In this document: piece by piece, positions 26,308-37,598 of the stretch
Layout: every line of letters starts with the position of its first letter
Position numbering within the stretch: the stretch's first letter is position 1
From: Octopus sinensis
Lineage: Eukaryota
DNA: 64,000 bases
Assembly (NCBI RefSeq): GCF_006345805.1
Contig: NW_021835979.1
Coordinates: forward strand, 9,763 to 73,762
Reading direction: 5' to 3'
Made by a program: the position numbers and the translations under genes
Notes under the pieces: model-generated
Told to the model about the DNA's origin: nothing
The model's database searches: none
The model's input: only the letters and a program-made list of their open reading frames with translations

Positions 26308-26648
26308 TATATAATATAATATATATATATATGATATAATACATACACATACATATAATCAATCGAATAAAGAACGTTAAAAATAATAACAAAAAATAAG
26401 AGGACGCCCACATGGAATATATTAGTTTGACGCTCAGTAAAAAGAGAGAGTTTCCGACATTTCGAGCCTAGTTCTTCATCGGAGAGGAAAAAGGGAAAAG
26501 GGGTTCGCACACACGGACCCTCTACGTCATTCTGATTGATTTAGAGTACCTGATTGATGGGTTTTTGGATTACGTTAGCTTTAAATGCCTTCTGAGTACG
26601 TCCGTTTCTTCTACACCTTTGATTATACTACATCCATACATACATACA

Positions 26649-26682
<34 letters not shown>

Positions 26683-26685
26683 AAG

Positions 26686-26721
<36 letters not shown>

Positions 26722-26734
26722 TATATATATATAA

Positions 26735-27556
26735 CTTAGATAAAACTTAGATATGTTTCGACAAAAGATTGGTCCAGGCCATGTCTAACTTAATAGCACC
26801 ACTTAATAGGATTAAGTCAAGTTTTGTTTATGGTCCATTCACGTAGTGAGTTTTTGTTGGGTGAGTTGTATCCAATTATGGGTGGCTTATCTGGTATTCT
26901 TTGAAGGAATCTATCCAGACTCCCTTTAAAGTTGATGGGATCCTTTTCCTCTTTGATCTCTTTCGGGACAATGTTAAATAGGACAGGGCCTGTTGAGGAA
27001 AAGAAATTATGTTGCAGTATACATGTATGCTGTGATCTCGAATTGGGCAGGGGACGTATGGCCCGTGGTCCCAGTCTTGGATGAACCTTGAAGCTAATGT
27101 TCAGGTCGTTTGGGCAAAGTTGGCGGTATATTCTCCACATCGTACAAATAATGTACTGCTCGCGACGACGCTGGAGAGAGTAGAGCTTCAAGGCTTTAAG
27201 GCGATCCCAATAATCGGGAGCAGCCATGCCTTCAATTCGTTTAGTGAGTGCCTTCTGGGGTGATTCAATCCTCGAGATGTTTTGTCTTGTATGGGGAGAC
27301 CACAATGGGTAGCAGTATTCGAGGTGTGGCGTACAAAGAAGAAAAGTGGTCCAGAGAACAAAATGCAACTGAACGAGGGAAAATTTGAGCTGATGCATTT
27401 TGGAAGGAATTCCTCACTAAAACAGCCATACTCTCTTCCTTCAGGGGAACCGCTCACAGCCTCTAACAATATCAGAGACCTGATTTTGTTCTCTGGACCG
27501 AAAAGTTCTTAAGATCCAGGAACTTATCCTACGAGCTATATCGACCTTCTTGTTGA
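26735..27556 (-). mobile_element. CR1/L2-group LINE 3' remnant (RT C-terminus and 3' UTR) with an internal inversion
   Basis: ORF 26817-27398 gives PHLEYCYPLWSP...YWDRLKALKLYSLQRRRE...GPVLFNIVPKEIK; ARRISSWILRTFRSRE on minus; NKMQLNEGKFELMHFG...IRDL on plus. Confidence 0.9.
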
Positions 27557-27573
27557 TATATATACATATATAT

Positions 27574-27634
<61 letters not shown>

Positions 27635-27759
27635 CAAAATTGGGGTTAATAAACATTAACTAACACAATTCAAGTTACAATTGCGATGTCACCATATCTT
27701 CAGCGAAAATTCTTGAGTAGGCGATATTTCCTTTTCTCGCTTCCATGATTTTCGCGTAT

Positions 27760-28190
27760 GAAATCTTTGGGTATCTACTCATCTATGAAGGTAGAGTACC
27801 CTCCTGCTCTCCACCAAATTATATCTATATACGTATTCATATTACTTATTTATAGAAACTCCGATGCCATAAATAAGTGCCTGCCAGTCCATCATATATT
27901 TTATCTTCATTTTCATTTGCTTGCCCTGTTTCCTATAGACAACATTGATTTTTTGGATTGTCTCCCAAAATTTAACGCAGGATTTTAAGGATTTTATTTA
28001 GTCTGAGCACTAATCTGTCCGTTTCTATTCTATAGTACGCATTTTGAAGTATTCTTGTACGAAGGCTGGCGTGTTGAACCTCCGAAGTCACTGTCATCAC
28101 TCTTGTAATAACCTTGTAAATATGTTCTCTACAAAAATGTATTGAGTAATTTTTCAATCTAATGTAAAAAGGCCAAGTATATAGCACTTC
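27760..28190 (-). pseudogene. Probable Penelope-like ORF remnant (RT end and GIY-YIG)
   Basis: Frameshifted fragments NVVYRK / EDKIYDGLAGT...HRSF resemble the PLE GIY-YIG (NVVY...YIG...H...F); degenerate hammerhead-like motifs flank it. Confidence 0.4.
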
Positions 28191-28391
28191 CTCCGATGAA
28201 AACGAGTGTACTCAGAGTAGAATCTATCCGTCGTAGTCGAAAATAGACGAATGGTAATCTAAAATCGCTGGATTCTGGATCTCACAGACAAGGTGACGCT
28301 GTGGCGATGTGCCATCATCAGGGATCTGCTGTTGATTACGGCAATGAGCGTATTAGTTGCTCTATAATTAAAACTACTCACATGTAATATC

Positions 28392-28809
28392 TATTTCTTT
28401 GCTACCCACAAGGGGCTAAACACAGAGTGGACAAACAAGGACAGACACACGGATTAAGTCGATTACATCGACCTCAGTGCGTAACTGGTACTTATTTAAT
28501 CGACCCCAAAAGGATGAAAGGCAAAGTTGAACTCGGCGGAATTTGAACTCAGAACGTAGCGGCAGACGAAATACCTAATTTCTTTAGTACCTACAAGGGG
28601 CTAAACACAGAGGGGACAAACAAGGACAGACAAACAGATTAAATCAATTATATCGACCCCAGTGCGCAACTGGTACTTATTTAATCGACCCCAAAAGGAT
28701 GAAAGGCAAAGTCGAACTCGGCGGAATTTGAACTCAGAACGTAACGGCAGACGAAATACGGCTTCGCATTTCGCCCGGCGTGCTAACGTTTCTACCAGCT
28801 CGCCGCCTT
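28392..28809 (-). mobile_element. SINE B1 dimer (full monomer plus monomer starting at GGTATTTCG)
   Basis: A single 20-bp TSD aactactcacatgtaatatc (28372-28391 / 28810-28829) encloses both monomers. Confidence 0.92.
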
Positions 28810-29337
28810 AACTACTCACATGTAATATCGTGTATGCTTTCGACTATTCGATGTTCCGTGTTTGTGGTCGAATATTCCATTGTCATAAGTAACTTTATTC
28901 TAATTTGCAGCTAGAAGCTGTATAGTGCTCTGCGTCTGTGTGACAGTGTTAGTTCAATTCCTCTGACGGGCTCCAAGGCAATTTCTGCCTGCCTAGTTTT
29001 ACTATCAAGTGTTGAGTCGATTCAAAGTTATGGTCGAATACATTTTCGTGAGTTGCTTTGCAATGGGATTGAACCTAGAACATCAGAACTATAACGAGAA
29101 CTTTTGAATAGTTCGGTCATGCCCCGCCCCACACGTGTCGATTTACCATAAAGGACTTTAAATTGTTTATAATGGTGACGATAAGGATGATGATGGTGGA
29201 GAGGAAAGGGGGGGGTAGTGTGAAAAGGAGGAAGAGAATAATATTTACGGTAACGACGAGTAGGAAGATGAACCGGAAGAAGAGGATAATGATTATGACG
29301 ATGGCTACGACGCCAATGCTGCTGCTGCTGCTGCTGT

Positions 29338-29409
<72 letters not shown>

Positions 29410-30193
29410 GTTTGCGGATAATGACGAGAACGATGAGGAAAATAATAATGATAATGAAAGTATAAATTATTTATACAATGTAAGATATCAAATATTTATA
29501 AAATAGAGCAAGCGAAGGAGACAGTTCCAGGCTCTGGAGACTTGTTTATGTAACAACGAAACCGTTTGGTTCGATACTCAACCCGACCTTCCGAAAATGT
29601 CGCCGTGGGGTTAATTTCATTATAGAGTGACTTAATAGGAAAAGTATATGACTGTGCAAATTTTATTTATTCATGAGCCCCATCCCCCACCCTGTATGGT
29701 ACTCTTAGTAATTATAGCTTACTGTAAAAACACAGTTTTATATACGAATTTCTTTTCACTAGATACTGCGTCTGACGTGTAAAACCGAGACATTTATAGA
29801 CATCCGAATCAATTACACTAAATTACTTCTATTTATTTTATCGTCTACGTCGGGAATAAAAGTGAAGTCAACCATTGTTTGATTCCGCCAATAAAGTACT
29901 TAGCAAGAGACAATAAAATATTCAGTCTGGCCGTAATTTCATTCGGACAATTCACTCATTGTGTTATATATTTCATATAATCTTCCAAGCGTTCTCTAAT
30001 AGTGCTTCATTAATACCGGAAATGCCTTGAAAGACATCATAGAATAATAAAAAAAAAAAAGTGAGTATTTGCTGATGGACGTTTCTTATGCAATGACTAC
30101 TTTTTGTCATCTGTCTCTCATAATGTTTAGATACAAATATAGAAATCTTTACTAGTTCTCACCTCTTAGTTAACACCACATTAGATATGATAT

Positions 30194-30584
30194 TGGAGGC
30201 GCAATGGCCCGTGGTTAGGGCAGCGGACTCGCGGTCATAGGATCGCGGTTTCGATTCCCAGACCGGGCGTTGTGAGTGTTTATTGAGCGAAAACACCTAA
30301 AAGCTCCACGAGGCTCTGGCGGGGGATGGCGGTGATCCCTGCTGTACTCTTTCACCACAACTTTCTCTCACTCTTACTTCCTGTTTCTGTTGTACCTGTA
30401 TTTCAAGGGGCCGGCCTTGTCACTCTCTGTGTCACGCTGAATATCCCCGAGAACTACGTCAAGGGTACACGTGTCTGTGGAGTGCTCAGCCACTTACACG
30501 TTAATTTCACGAGCAGGCTGTTCCGTTGATTCGGATCAACCGGAACCCTCATCGTCGTAACCGACGGAGTGCTTCCATCCATCC
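30194..30584 (+). mobile_element. SINE family A, full length, (TCCA)3 tail
   Basis: TSD agatatgatat at 30183-30193 and 30585-30595. Confidence 0.95.
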
Positions 30585-30654
30585 AGATATGATATTATTC
30601 CAAAAGTAAATCTGACCTGCTAGATCCTAGTAAACGTTAATATTATATTTTGAT

Positions 30655-30875
30655 ATAAGGTGGTGAGCTGGCAGAACCGTTACCGTACCCGACAAAATGC
30701 TTAGCAGCATTTCGTCCGTTTCTACGTCCTCAGTTTAAATTCTGCCGAGATCGACTTTGCTTTCATCCTTTTGGGGGTCGATAAAACAAGTACCAGTCAT
30801 GTACTGGGATCAATGTAATCGACTTACCCTCCCCTCCTAGAAATTGCTGGCCTTGTGCCAAAACTTCAAACCAAT
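30655..30875 (+). mobile_element. SINE family B2 (B head and core, alternative tail ...GCCTTGTGCCAAAA)
   Basis: Diverged B head and core; tail as in 38880-38967 and 43120-43177. Confidence 0.8.
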
Positions 30876-31249
30876 ATTATAGTTTGATATCTGAATTCAT
30901 CGCATCGGCACTGAACTTTCCTATTATGGTATCTCTCTTTGTATATAGATTCCATAAGGCGCATGGGTTAGTGGTTAGGGCGTTGTACTCAAGATTGCGA
31001 GATCCTGGTTTCGATTTCCAGCCTGGGCGTTGCGTTGTGTTCTTGACCAAAAATCTTCGTTTCCCGTTCCTCTACGATCACTTCATCTGAAATGTGGCAT
31101 GTCATGCACCTATACAGGCAGTGACGATTTGATGGAAAGAGTGAGCGTATGCGAATAGAAACATTTGATCACTATAAACAAATCATCTGTGTGGTTGTTC
31201 TGCAAGAACTTGCAGAACCCTCATACGTCGTCTAAGGTGGGAGAGTCCG

Positions 31250-31610
31250 TTGTATGTATGTATGTATGTATGTATGTATTATGTATGTATGTATGTTGTA
31301 TGTATGTATGTATGTATGTATGTATGTATTATGTATGTATGTAGTATGTATGTATTATGTATGTATGTATGTATGTATGTATGTATTATGTATGTATGTT
31401 GTATGTATGTATGTATGTATGTAGTATGTATGTATGTTATGTATGTATGTATGTATGTATGTATGTATGTATGTATGTATGTATGTATGTATGTATGTTA
31501 TGTATGTATGTATGTATGTATGTATGTATGTATGTATGTATGTATGTATGTATGTATGTACGAATGAATGTACGTATGTATGTATGTATGTATGTATGTA
31601 TGTATGTATG
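31250..31610. repeat. (TATG)n microsatellite
   Basis: Directly visible; source of the MYVC ORFs. Confidence 0.97.
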
Positions 31611-31669
31611 TATTGTTATGCTAGAGTACTACGACGCCTCCTGACAAGAATGGACTGGACTACTACATA

Positions 31670-33045
31670 TAAATAGTAGCAGTCTGAGTAAGTGAGTTAG
31701 TTGACGAGGACCTACAGAGGGTAGGTGAGACCCTAAAGGATCACGAAGCGGTAGCAGGAGCAAGAATTAACGTGGATAAGTTGGTCGGCTTGCAGCTCGG
31801 CACCTGGAGAGGCAAGTCGATGCTGTCTAACAGCGTCGTCAGGTGCTAGAGAGATGGTCCAGTGAAAATGCTTGGGGTCTGGTTTGGTCCAGACCTCCAG
31901 ATAGATAAGAATTGGAGCGAGGTTACGGGCAGGGTGGCATCCACAACTCAGACCTAGTTTGGGCGGAGGCAATCCCTGAAAGGGAGGGGAGAGATGGCAA
32001 ATGTGCTTATCGCATCTGTCATTACCTACCGCCTAACCGTCGTGCCGTGCCCCGATTCGTGGCTAAACAAGCTGGAACGCATGCTCTTTCACTCGTGGGA
32101 GGGCAGGCTGCCAACAGCCACTAAAGGGTGGGTTAGAGATGCCATGGCTAAAGATGTGCAGGCATGCGCTGAGGTTGAGGCATCTCTGACTCTACCTGGA
32201 CGGTGAGCGGGTGTGGTCTCTATTCGTTGATGAGATATTTCCCAAGTAGTGGAGGCTCAATGGCCCAGTGGTTAGGGCAGCGGACTCGCGGTCATAGGAT
32301 CGCGGTTTCGATTCCCAGACCGGACGTTGTGAGTGTTTATTGAGCGAAAACACCTAAAGCTCCACGAAGCTCCGGCAGGGATGTTGGTGATCCCTGCTGT
32401 ACTCTTTCACCACAACTTTCTCTCACTCTTACTTCCTGTTTCTGTTGTACCTGTATTTCAAAGGGCCGGCCTTGTCACTCTCTGTGTCATGCTGAATATC
32501 CCCGAGAACTACATTAAGGGTACATGTGTCTGTGGAGTGCTCAGCCACTTACACGTTAATTTCACGAGCAGGCTGTTCCGTTGATTCGGATCAACCGAAC
32601 CCTCATCGTCGTAACCGACGGAGTGCTTCCATTTCCCAAGTTCACCTCTTTTGGTGAACTGGAATGCTGAATCAGACGTAGTCCAAGGCTGGGAGCTTGG
32701 CAAGCAGAGTGTCGACAGGCGCTCGTGCTTTTCTCCCGAACAAGGAATGCTGCAAGAGGGGGTATCACCTCGGCGTACTATAGAGGACTCGTAGAAGGCA
32801 AGTGTGATGATGGCCTGGGGAGAATCTGGGTTTCGATGAAAGTCTGCTTGCCAACCCGCATCGAAAGACTTTCGACCCGGGACCTATGGACAATTTCCGG
32901 AGGTCCCTGGCTTAAATGTGCTTCCGAAGTGCCCTGCCAGTTCGGGATAAACTCGCGAGGCATGGCGTCACGGTTTCGCCTACGTGCCCACGTTGTGAGC
33001 AGAGTAACGAAAGTGTTCTGCATGCAACCATACAGTTCCCTCTCC
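31670..33045 (+). mobile_element. L1/Tx1-clade LINE ORF2 remnant (RT C-terminus to zf-RVT), interrupted by SINE A
   Basis: GARINVDK..GLQLGTWRGK; MLGVWFGPDLQIDKNWSEV; ANVLIASVITYRLTVVPCP; KTFDPGPMDNF...ALPVRDKLARHG...CPRCEQSNESVLHA. Confidence 0.85.
32249..32630 (+). mobile_element. SINE family A, full length
   Basis: TSD atttcccaagt at 32237-32247 and 32631-32641. Confidence 0.95.
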
Positions 33046-33879
33046 AATTCCTTCCCCCCGACTCGCAGGTCTACATTTAGAGAGGTACCATCCACTCTTG
33101 CCATTTTCGCAACTTTCACCCACCTTTCACTAAGCACTCTCAATTTCCTTTTCAAGTGAAACGTGAAAAAGTCAATACTAAAGAGGAATGTATCTGTTCT
33201 CACTAAACAACCTCTTTCGCCATAGGCAAAGGAAAACTGCTTTGCCTGCTCGATTGAAGGAGGGCAGTGATGCGTTCATTACTACAGACTCAATGGAGGC
33301 GCAATGGCCCAGTGGTTAGGGCAGCGGACTCGCGGTCATAGGATCGCGGTTTCGATTCCCAGACCGGGCGTTGTGAGTGTTTATTGAGCGAAAACACCTA
33401 AAGCTCCACGAGGCTCCGGCGGGGATGGCGGTGATCCCTGCTGTACTCTTTCACCACAACTTTCTCTCACTCTTACTTCCTGTTTCTGTTGTACCTGTAT
33501 TTCAAAGGGCCGGCCTTGTCACTCTCTGTGTCACGCTGAATATCCCCGAGAACTATGTTAAGGGTACACGTGTCTGTGGAGTGCTCAGCCACTTACACGT
33601 TAATTTCACGAGCAGGCTGTTCCGTTGATTCGGATCAACCGGAACCCTCATCGTCGTAACCGACGGAGTGCTTCCACTACAGACTCAGCCGACAGACGGA
33701 TTCGTCCACACGTGACAGCAGTTAACAATGTCCAGACATTGAACGAGGGCATGCAAAACGGTTTCGGCACTCTGCGCGCTCCTCAGATAAGTCCGTCTGT
33801 AGAGTTTATCTCGGACCGGTAGCGCCTCCCGGTAGCACTGGAAATTATCCATGATAGTTCCTAACAAAAAAGTCTTCAA
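33046..33879 (-). mobile_element. Second L1/Tx1-clade ORF2 3' remnant, opposite orientation, interrupted by SINE A
   Basis: KTFLLGTIMDNFQ..CYREALPVRDKLYR...ETVLHALVQC, then FFTFHLKRKLRVLSERWVKVAKMARVDG. Confidence 0.8.
33294..33675 (+). mobile_element. SINE family A, full length
   Basis: TSD actacagactca at 33281-33292 and 33676-33687. Confidence 0.95.
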
Positions 33880-34550
33880 ACCGTGCGCCTCGCAAAAGTA
33901 AGTTTATGTTTCAAATTATAAAAAATACAAACCGAAAGTTCTTATGCAAATGTCAAAGTAGCAAAAAATTAAATACTAATTGAGAGATGGTTGTGTCATT
34001 CAGTTCATTTAGGCAAATTATGGTATGACAGTGTTATTCAATTTTGAATCTGAAATTTCATGAGAATAAAAACTAAATTAGCATCAATCTATCTTCGAAA
34101 TTGAAGTCTTATGGACATATTCAGTGCACGACTATGTTTCGGTCGTAGCCTCAGCAATTTTCATTTCAATAATAACTATGAGAAATAAGCTATTGAACTA
34201 AAATATACGATGTTGAACTAAATCTTTTAATACGTCCTCACCTGTTGCTGCTGTATTTCAATTTAGTTTTCAATCATAAAGTGGCGAAAATTTTCAGCTT
34301 TTCAATTAATTTTGAAAGATTTCTCAAAAGAGTCCGAGACCGTCACACGCTTCCACTTTTCACAGCTCACTGGTCACTTGTCTCAGTTTCACTCTATTAG
34401 TAATCTGTGCTCTTTGTTGCACGACAATTCATATTAACAGACTAAATTACTCATAAAATGGCAAAGTTTATTAAGAGAAAATATAACCGTGACGACTATG
34501 AATCTGAAAGTGAGCGTTCGTCAAAAGTAATTAAGAGTAGTAATAATAAT

Positions 34551-34940
34551 GTGGAGGCGCAATGGCCCACTGGTTAGGGCAGCGGACTCGCGGTCGTAGG
34601 ATCGCGGTTTCGATTCCCAGACCGGGCGTTGTGTGTGTTTATTGAGCGAAAACACCTAAAGCTCCACAAGGCTCCGGAAGGGGATGGTGGTGACCCCTGC
34701 TGTACTCTTTCACCACAACTTTCTGTCAATCTTACTTCCTGTTTCTGTTGTACCTGTATTTCAAAGGGCCGGCCTTGACACTCTCTGTGTCACGCTGAAT
34801 ATCCCCGAGAACTACGTTAAAGGTACACGTGTCTGTGGAGTGCTCAGCCACTTACACGTTAATTTCACGAGCAGGCTGTTCCGTTGATTCGGATCAACCG
34901 GAACCCTCATCGTCGTAACCGACGGAGTGCTTCCAAATCC
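34551..34940 (+). mobile_element. SINE family A, full length
   Basis: TSD agtaataataat (34539-34550) / agtattaataat (34941-34952). Confidence 0.93.
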
Positions 34941-34949
34941 AGTATTAAT

Positions 34950-35078
34950 AATAATGCGAAAGCTATCGCGCCGTGTGTCTAGAGTAGAAAAGAATAATGC
35001 GAAAGCTATCGCGCCGTGTGTCTAGAGTAGAAAAGAATAATGCGAAAGCTATCGCGCCGTGTGTCTAGAGTAGAAAAG
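34950..35078. repeat. Three perfect 43-bp tandem copies
   Basis: aataatgcgaaagctatcgcgccgtgtgtctagagtagaaaag at 34950, 34993 and 35036. Confidence 0.97.
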
Positions 35079-35099
35079 AATAATGCGGAAGCTTGACCC

Positions 35100-36760
35100 A
35101 ATCGTAAATATTGTTATAGCTATTTAAAGTTTGGGCTTCATTGGCTGGCAATGTGTGTTGTTTGTGGTGCAATGATGTTTAACGAAGGCATGTTGCTTAG
35201 CAAGTTGAAAAGACATTTTACAGCTAAATACTCATCTTCAATGTACAGATCTGAATTATTTCCAAAGACTGCTAGAAACTATTTTGAGAAAAGGATGAAT
35301 GCTTCTAAAAAGGCTCAAATTGCTTCTATTGAGATAGCCGAAATGATTGCACTACAAACGAAATCGCATACTTTAACCGAGCCGATTATCTTACCCGCTT
35401 GTAGAAAGATGGTTAAAACCATGTTAGGTGATGAAATCGAGCAAGGAATAAGCAAGATTCCGCTCTCAAATAATACAATCCAAAATGAGAATTATGGATT
35501 TATCTGCTGATACAGAGGAAAATGTACAGAACAAACTTCAGAACTCAGAATTTGCTCTACAGGTTGGCGAATCAACTGACATTAGCAACAAAGCACACAT
35601 ACATTTGTTCGCTTTATTGATGGTAACCAAATCATAAATCACTTCTTTTGTTGCGAAGAAATGCTACTCACTACAAGAGGTCAAGATATTTTTGACATTT
35701 TATCTGCCTACCTCGTAAAATACAATTTATCCTTGAATTCATGTGTTGGAATATGTATCGATAGAGCACCATCTACGATAGACTCTATTAAAGGTTTTGT
35801 ATCGCTCGTACAACAGCAAAATCCTAATGTTACACATAGTCATTGCTTCCTACATAGGGAGGTAGTAGTTTCAAAAACAATACCAGTTGCGTTAAAACAA
35901 GTATTAAACCAAGTTGTTGAAATGGTTAATTATATTAAAAGTAGGCCGTTGAAGGGTTGCTTATTTGAACAAATTTGTGTGGATATGGATTCCCAGCACA
36001 AACGCTTACTTTTACACACAAAAGTCAGATGGCTCTCAAAAGGTAAGGTGCTACATCGCATACTTGAACTCCAGAAGGAATTGCATGCATTTTTTAAAGA
36101 AGAAAAACATGAATGCTTCTTGGAATATCTACAATGTGAATTTTGGGTTTCCAATCTGGAATATTTAACTGAGATATTTGCACAACTTAATAGCGTCAAC
36201 ACAGGTATGCAAGGTAGAGATGAAAACACTCTCACTTCGACAGATAAGCTGGTTTCATTTAAAAAGAAAGTTGCAATCTGGATAAATATATTTCTTTATT
36301 GCCCACAAGGGGCTAAACATAGAGGGGACAAACAAGGACAGACAAAGGGATTAAGTCGATTAGATCAACCCCAGTGCGTAACTGGTACTTAATTTATCGA
36401 ACCCCGAAAGGATGAAAGGCAAAGTCGACCTCGGTGGAATTTGAACTCACAACGTAACGGCAGACGAAATACTGCTAAGCATTTCGCCCGGCGTGATAAA
36501 TAGAGTTGAAGGTGGTAACTTCGAAATGCTTCCCTTAATACGTAAAAGCTGCATAAAAGAAATGAATCCTACTGTATTTGAACATTTGACAAATCTGGAA
36601 CACAGAATATGATTGGGTTCCGAATCCCTTCATAAAAATTCCATCTAATATTGGTCTGAAAATATGTGAAGAAGAGAAATTGTCATCTATATCTAGTGAT
36701 CATGGACTTAAAAATCAAGTATGCTGAGTTAACTATTGATACATTTTGGATTGCTATTAT
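35100..36760 (+). pseudogene. hAT transposase pseudogene
   Basis: CVVCG...SKLKRH (BED finger), SHTLTEPIILPAC, HCFLHRE, LLLHTKVRWLSKGKVL, FAQLNSVNTGMQG. Several frameshifts and a SINE B1 insertion at 36289. Confidence 0.9.
36289..36494 (-). mobile_element. SINE family B1, slightly 5'-truncated
   Basis: TSD gataaata at 36281-36288 and 36495-36502. Confidence 0.92.
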
Positions 36761-37080
36761 AGGAGGATACCCCTCGGTAGCAAAAAAAAAAATGCCTTAT
36801 CAGTTTCGATGTAGTTTTTCACATCGTATTTATGTGAGTTGAGATTTTCAACCCTCAATAATCTCAAATCCACACACTCCCCACAAAAAAAAAAAAAAAA
36901 AGAGAGAGGCTCCGTTGCATCGAAGAAGACATATTCTTTCACGAATATGTCCCAATATTGAAAACGTTTCCAAAAAACATCAAGTGCATCTTTCTCATTG
37001 ATAACTTTGTTTCATGTATTGAACAAAGAATAAGTACCTGCAATTTTTCTCTATTTTTAATTATCTATATATTGCTTTAT

Positions 37081-37386
37081 GTGGAGGCGCAATGGCCCAG
37101 TGGTTAGGGCAGCGGACTCGCGGTCGCAGGATCGCGGTTTCGAATCCCAGACCGGGCGTTGTGAGTGTTTTTTGAGCGAAAACACCTAAAAGCTCCACGA
37201 GGCTCCGGCAGGGGGTGGTGATCCCTGCTGTACTCTTTCACCACACTTTCTCCCACTCTTACTTCTGTTGGCCTGCTCACTTAGCCAGCGAGGTGGCGTC
37301 ATTCGAAGGCTAAAAAACAATGCGAACGCATTGTGACCAGCGATGTGTAACAACATCTGATGGTCTGGTCGGTCACGTGTCACGTG
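37081..37386 (+). mobile_element. SINE A' : family A head with a different 3' tail
   Basis: Matches A up to ...CTCTTACTTCTGTTG, then a different tail ending GTCACGTGTCACGTG. 14-bp TSD atatattgctttat (37067-37080 / 37387-37400). Confidence 0.92.
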
Positions 37387-37598
37387 ATATATTGCTTTAT
37401 AGTTTATGCTATGTCAATATGTATAAAATCCTTTTTGAATAAATTTTAGAATCTATGTCAAAGTGCGCCAAAATATTCTGGCTTCTTGTAAAGTGCGCCG
37501 TGAGTAAAAAAACGTTTGGGAACCACTGGACTAGCCAGTTCGTTATCGTCGGCGCCCACAGTCTCCCCGAGAATGTCGTCGCACTTTCCCGCCACTAA

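Larger units (their letters stand above)
33878..37528 (+). mobile_element. hAT DNA transposon (Buster/Charlie, ZBED8/FAM200-like transposase), decayed, with three SINE insertions
   Basis: 3' TIR gtttgggaaccactg (37514-37528) followed by gactagcc (NNNTANNN-type target). The 5' TIR is truncated (caaaccgtgcgcc). Confidence 0.88.

Noticed and set aside
31670-33879. L1 twin-priming inversion
   Set aside because: The segments are convergent rather than divergent, and both contain their own diverged zf-RVT region, so they are two elements.
34950-35078. CRISPR-like array (43-bp repeats; also the 33-bp units at 59765)
   Set aside because: The repeats are directly adjacent with no unique spacers, no cas genes are present, and the context is eukaryotic.
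35661-36392. Domesticated ZBED8/FAM200-like gene (243-aa ORF)
   Set aside because: There are frameshifts upstream, a SINE inserted in the coding region supplies the ORF's end, and a TIR is still present. It is a transposon fossil.
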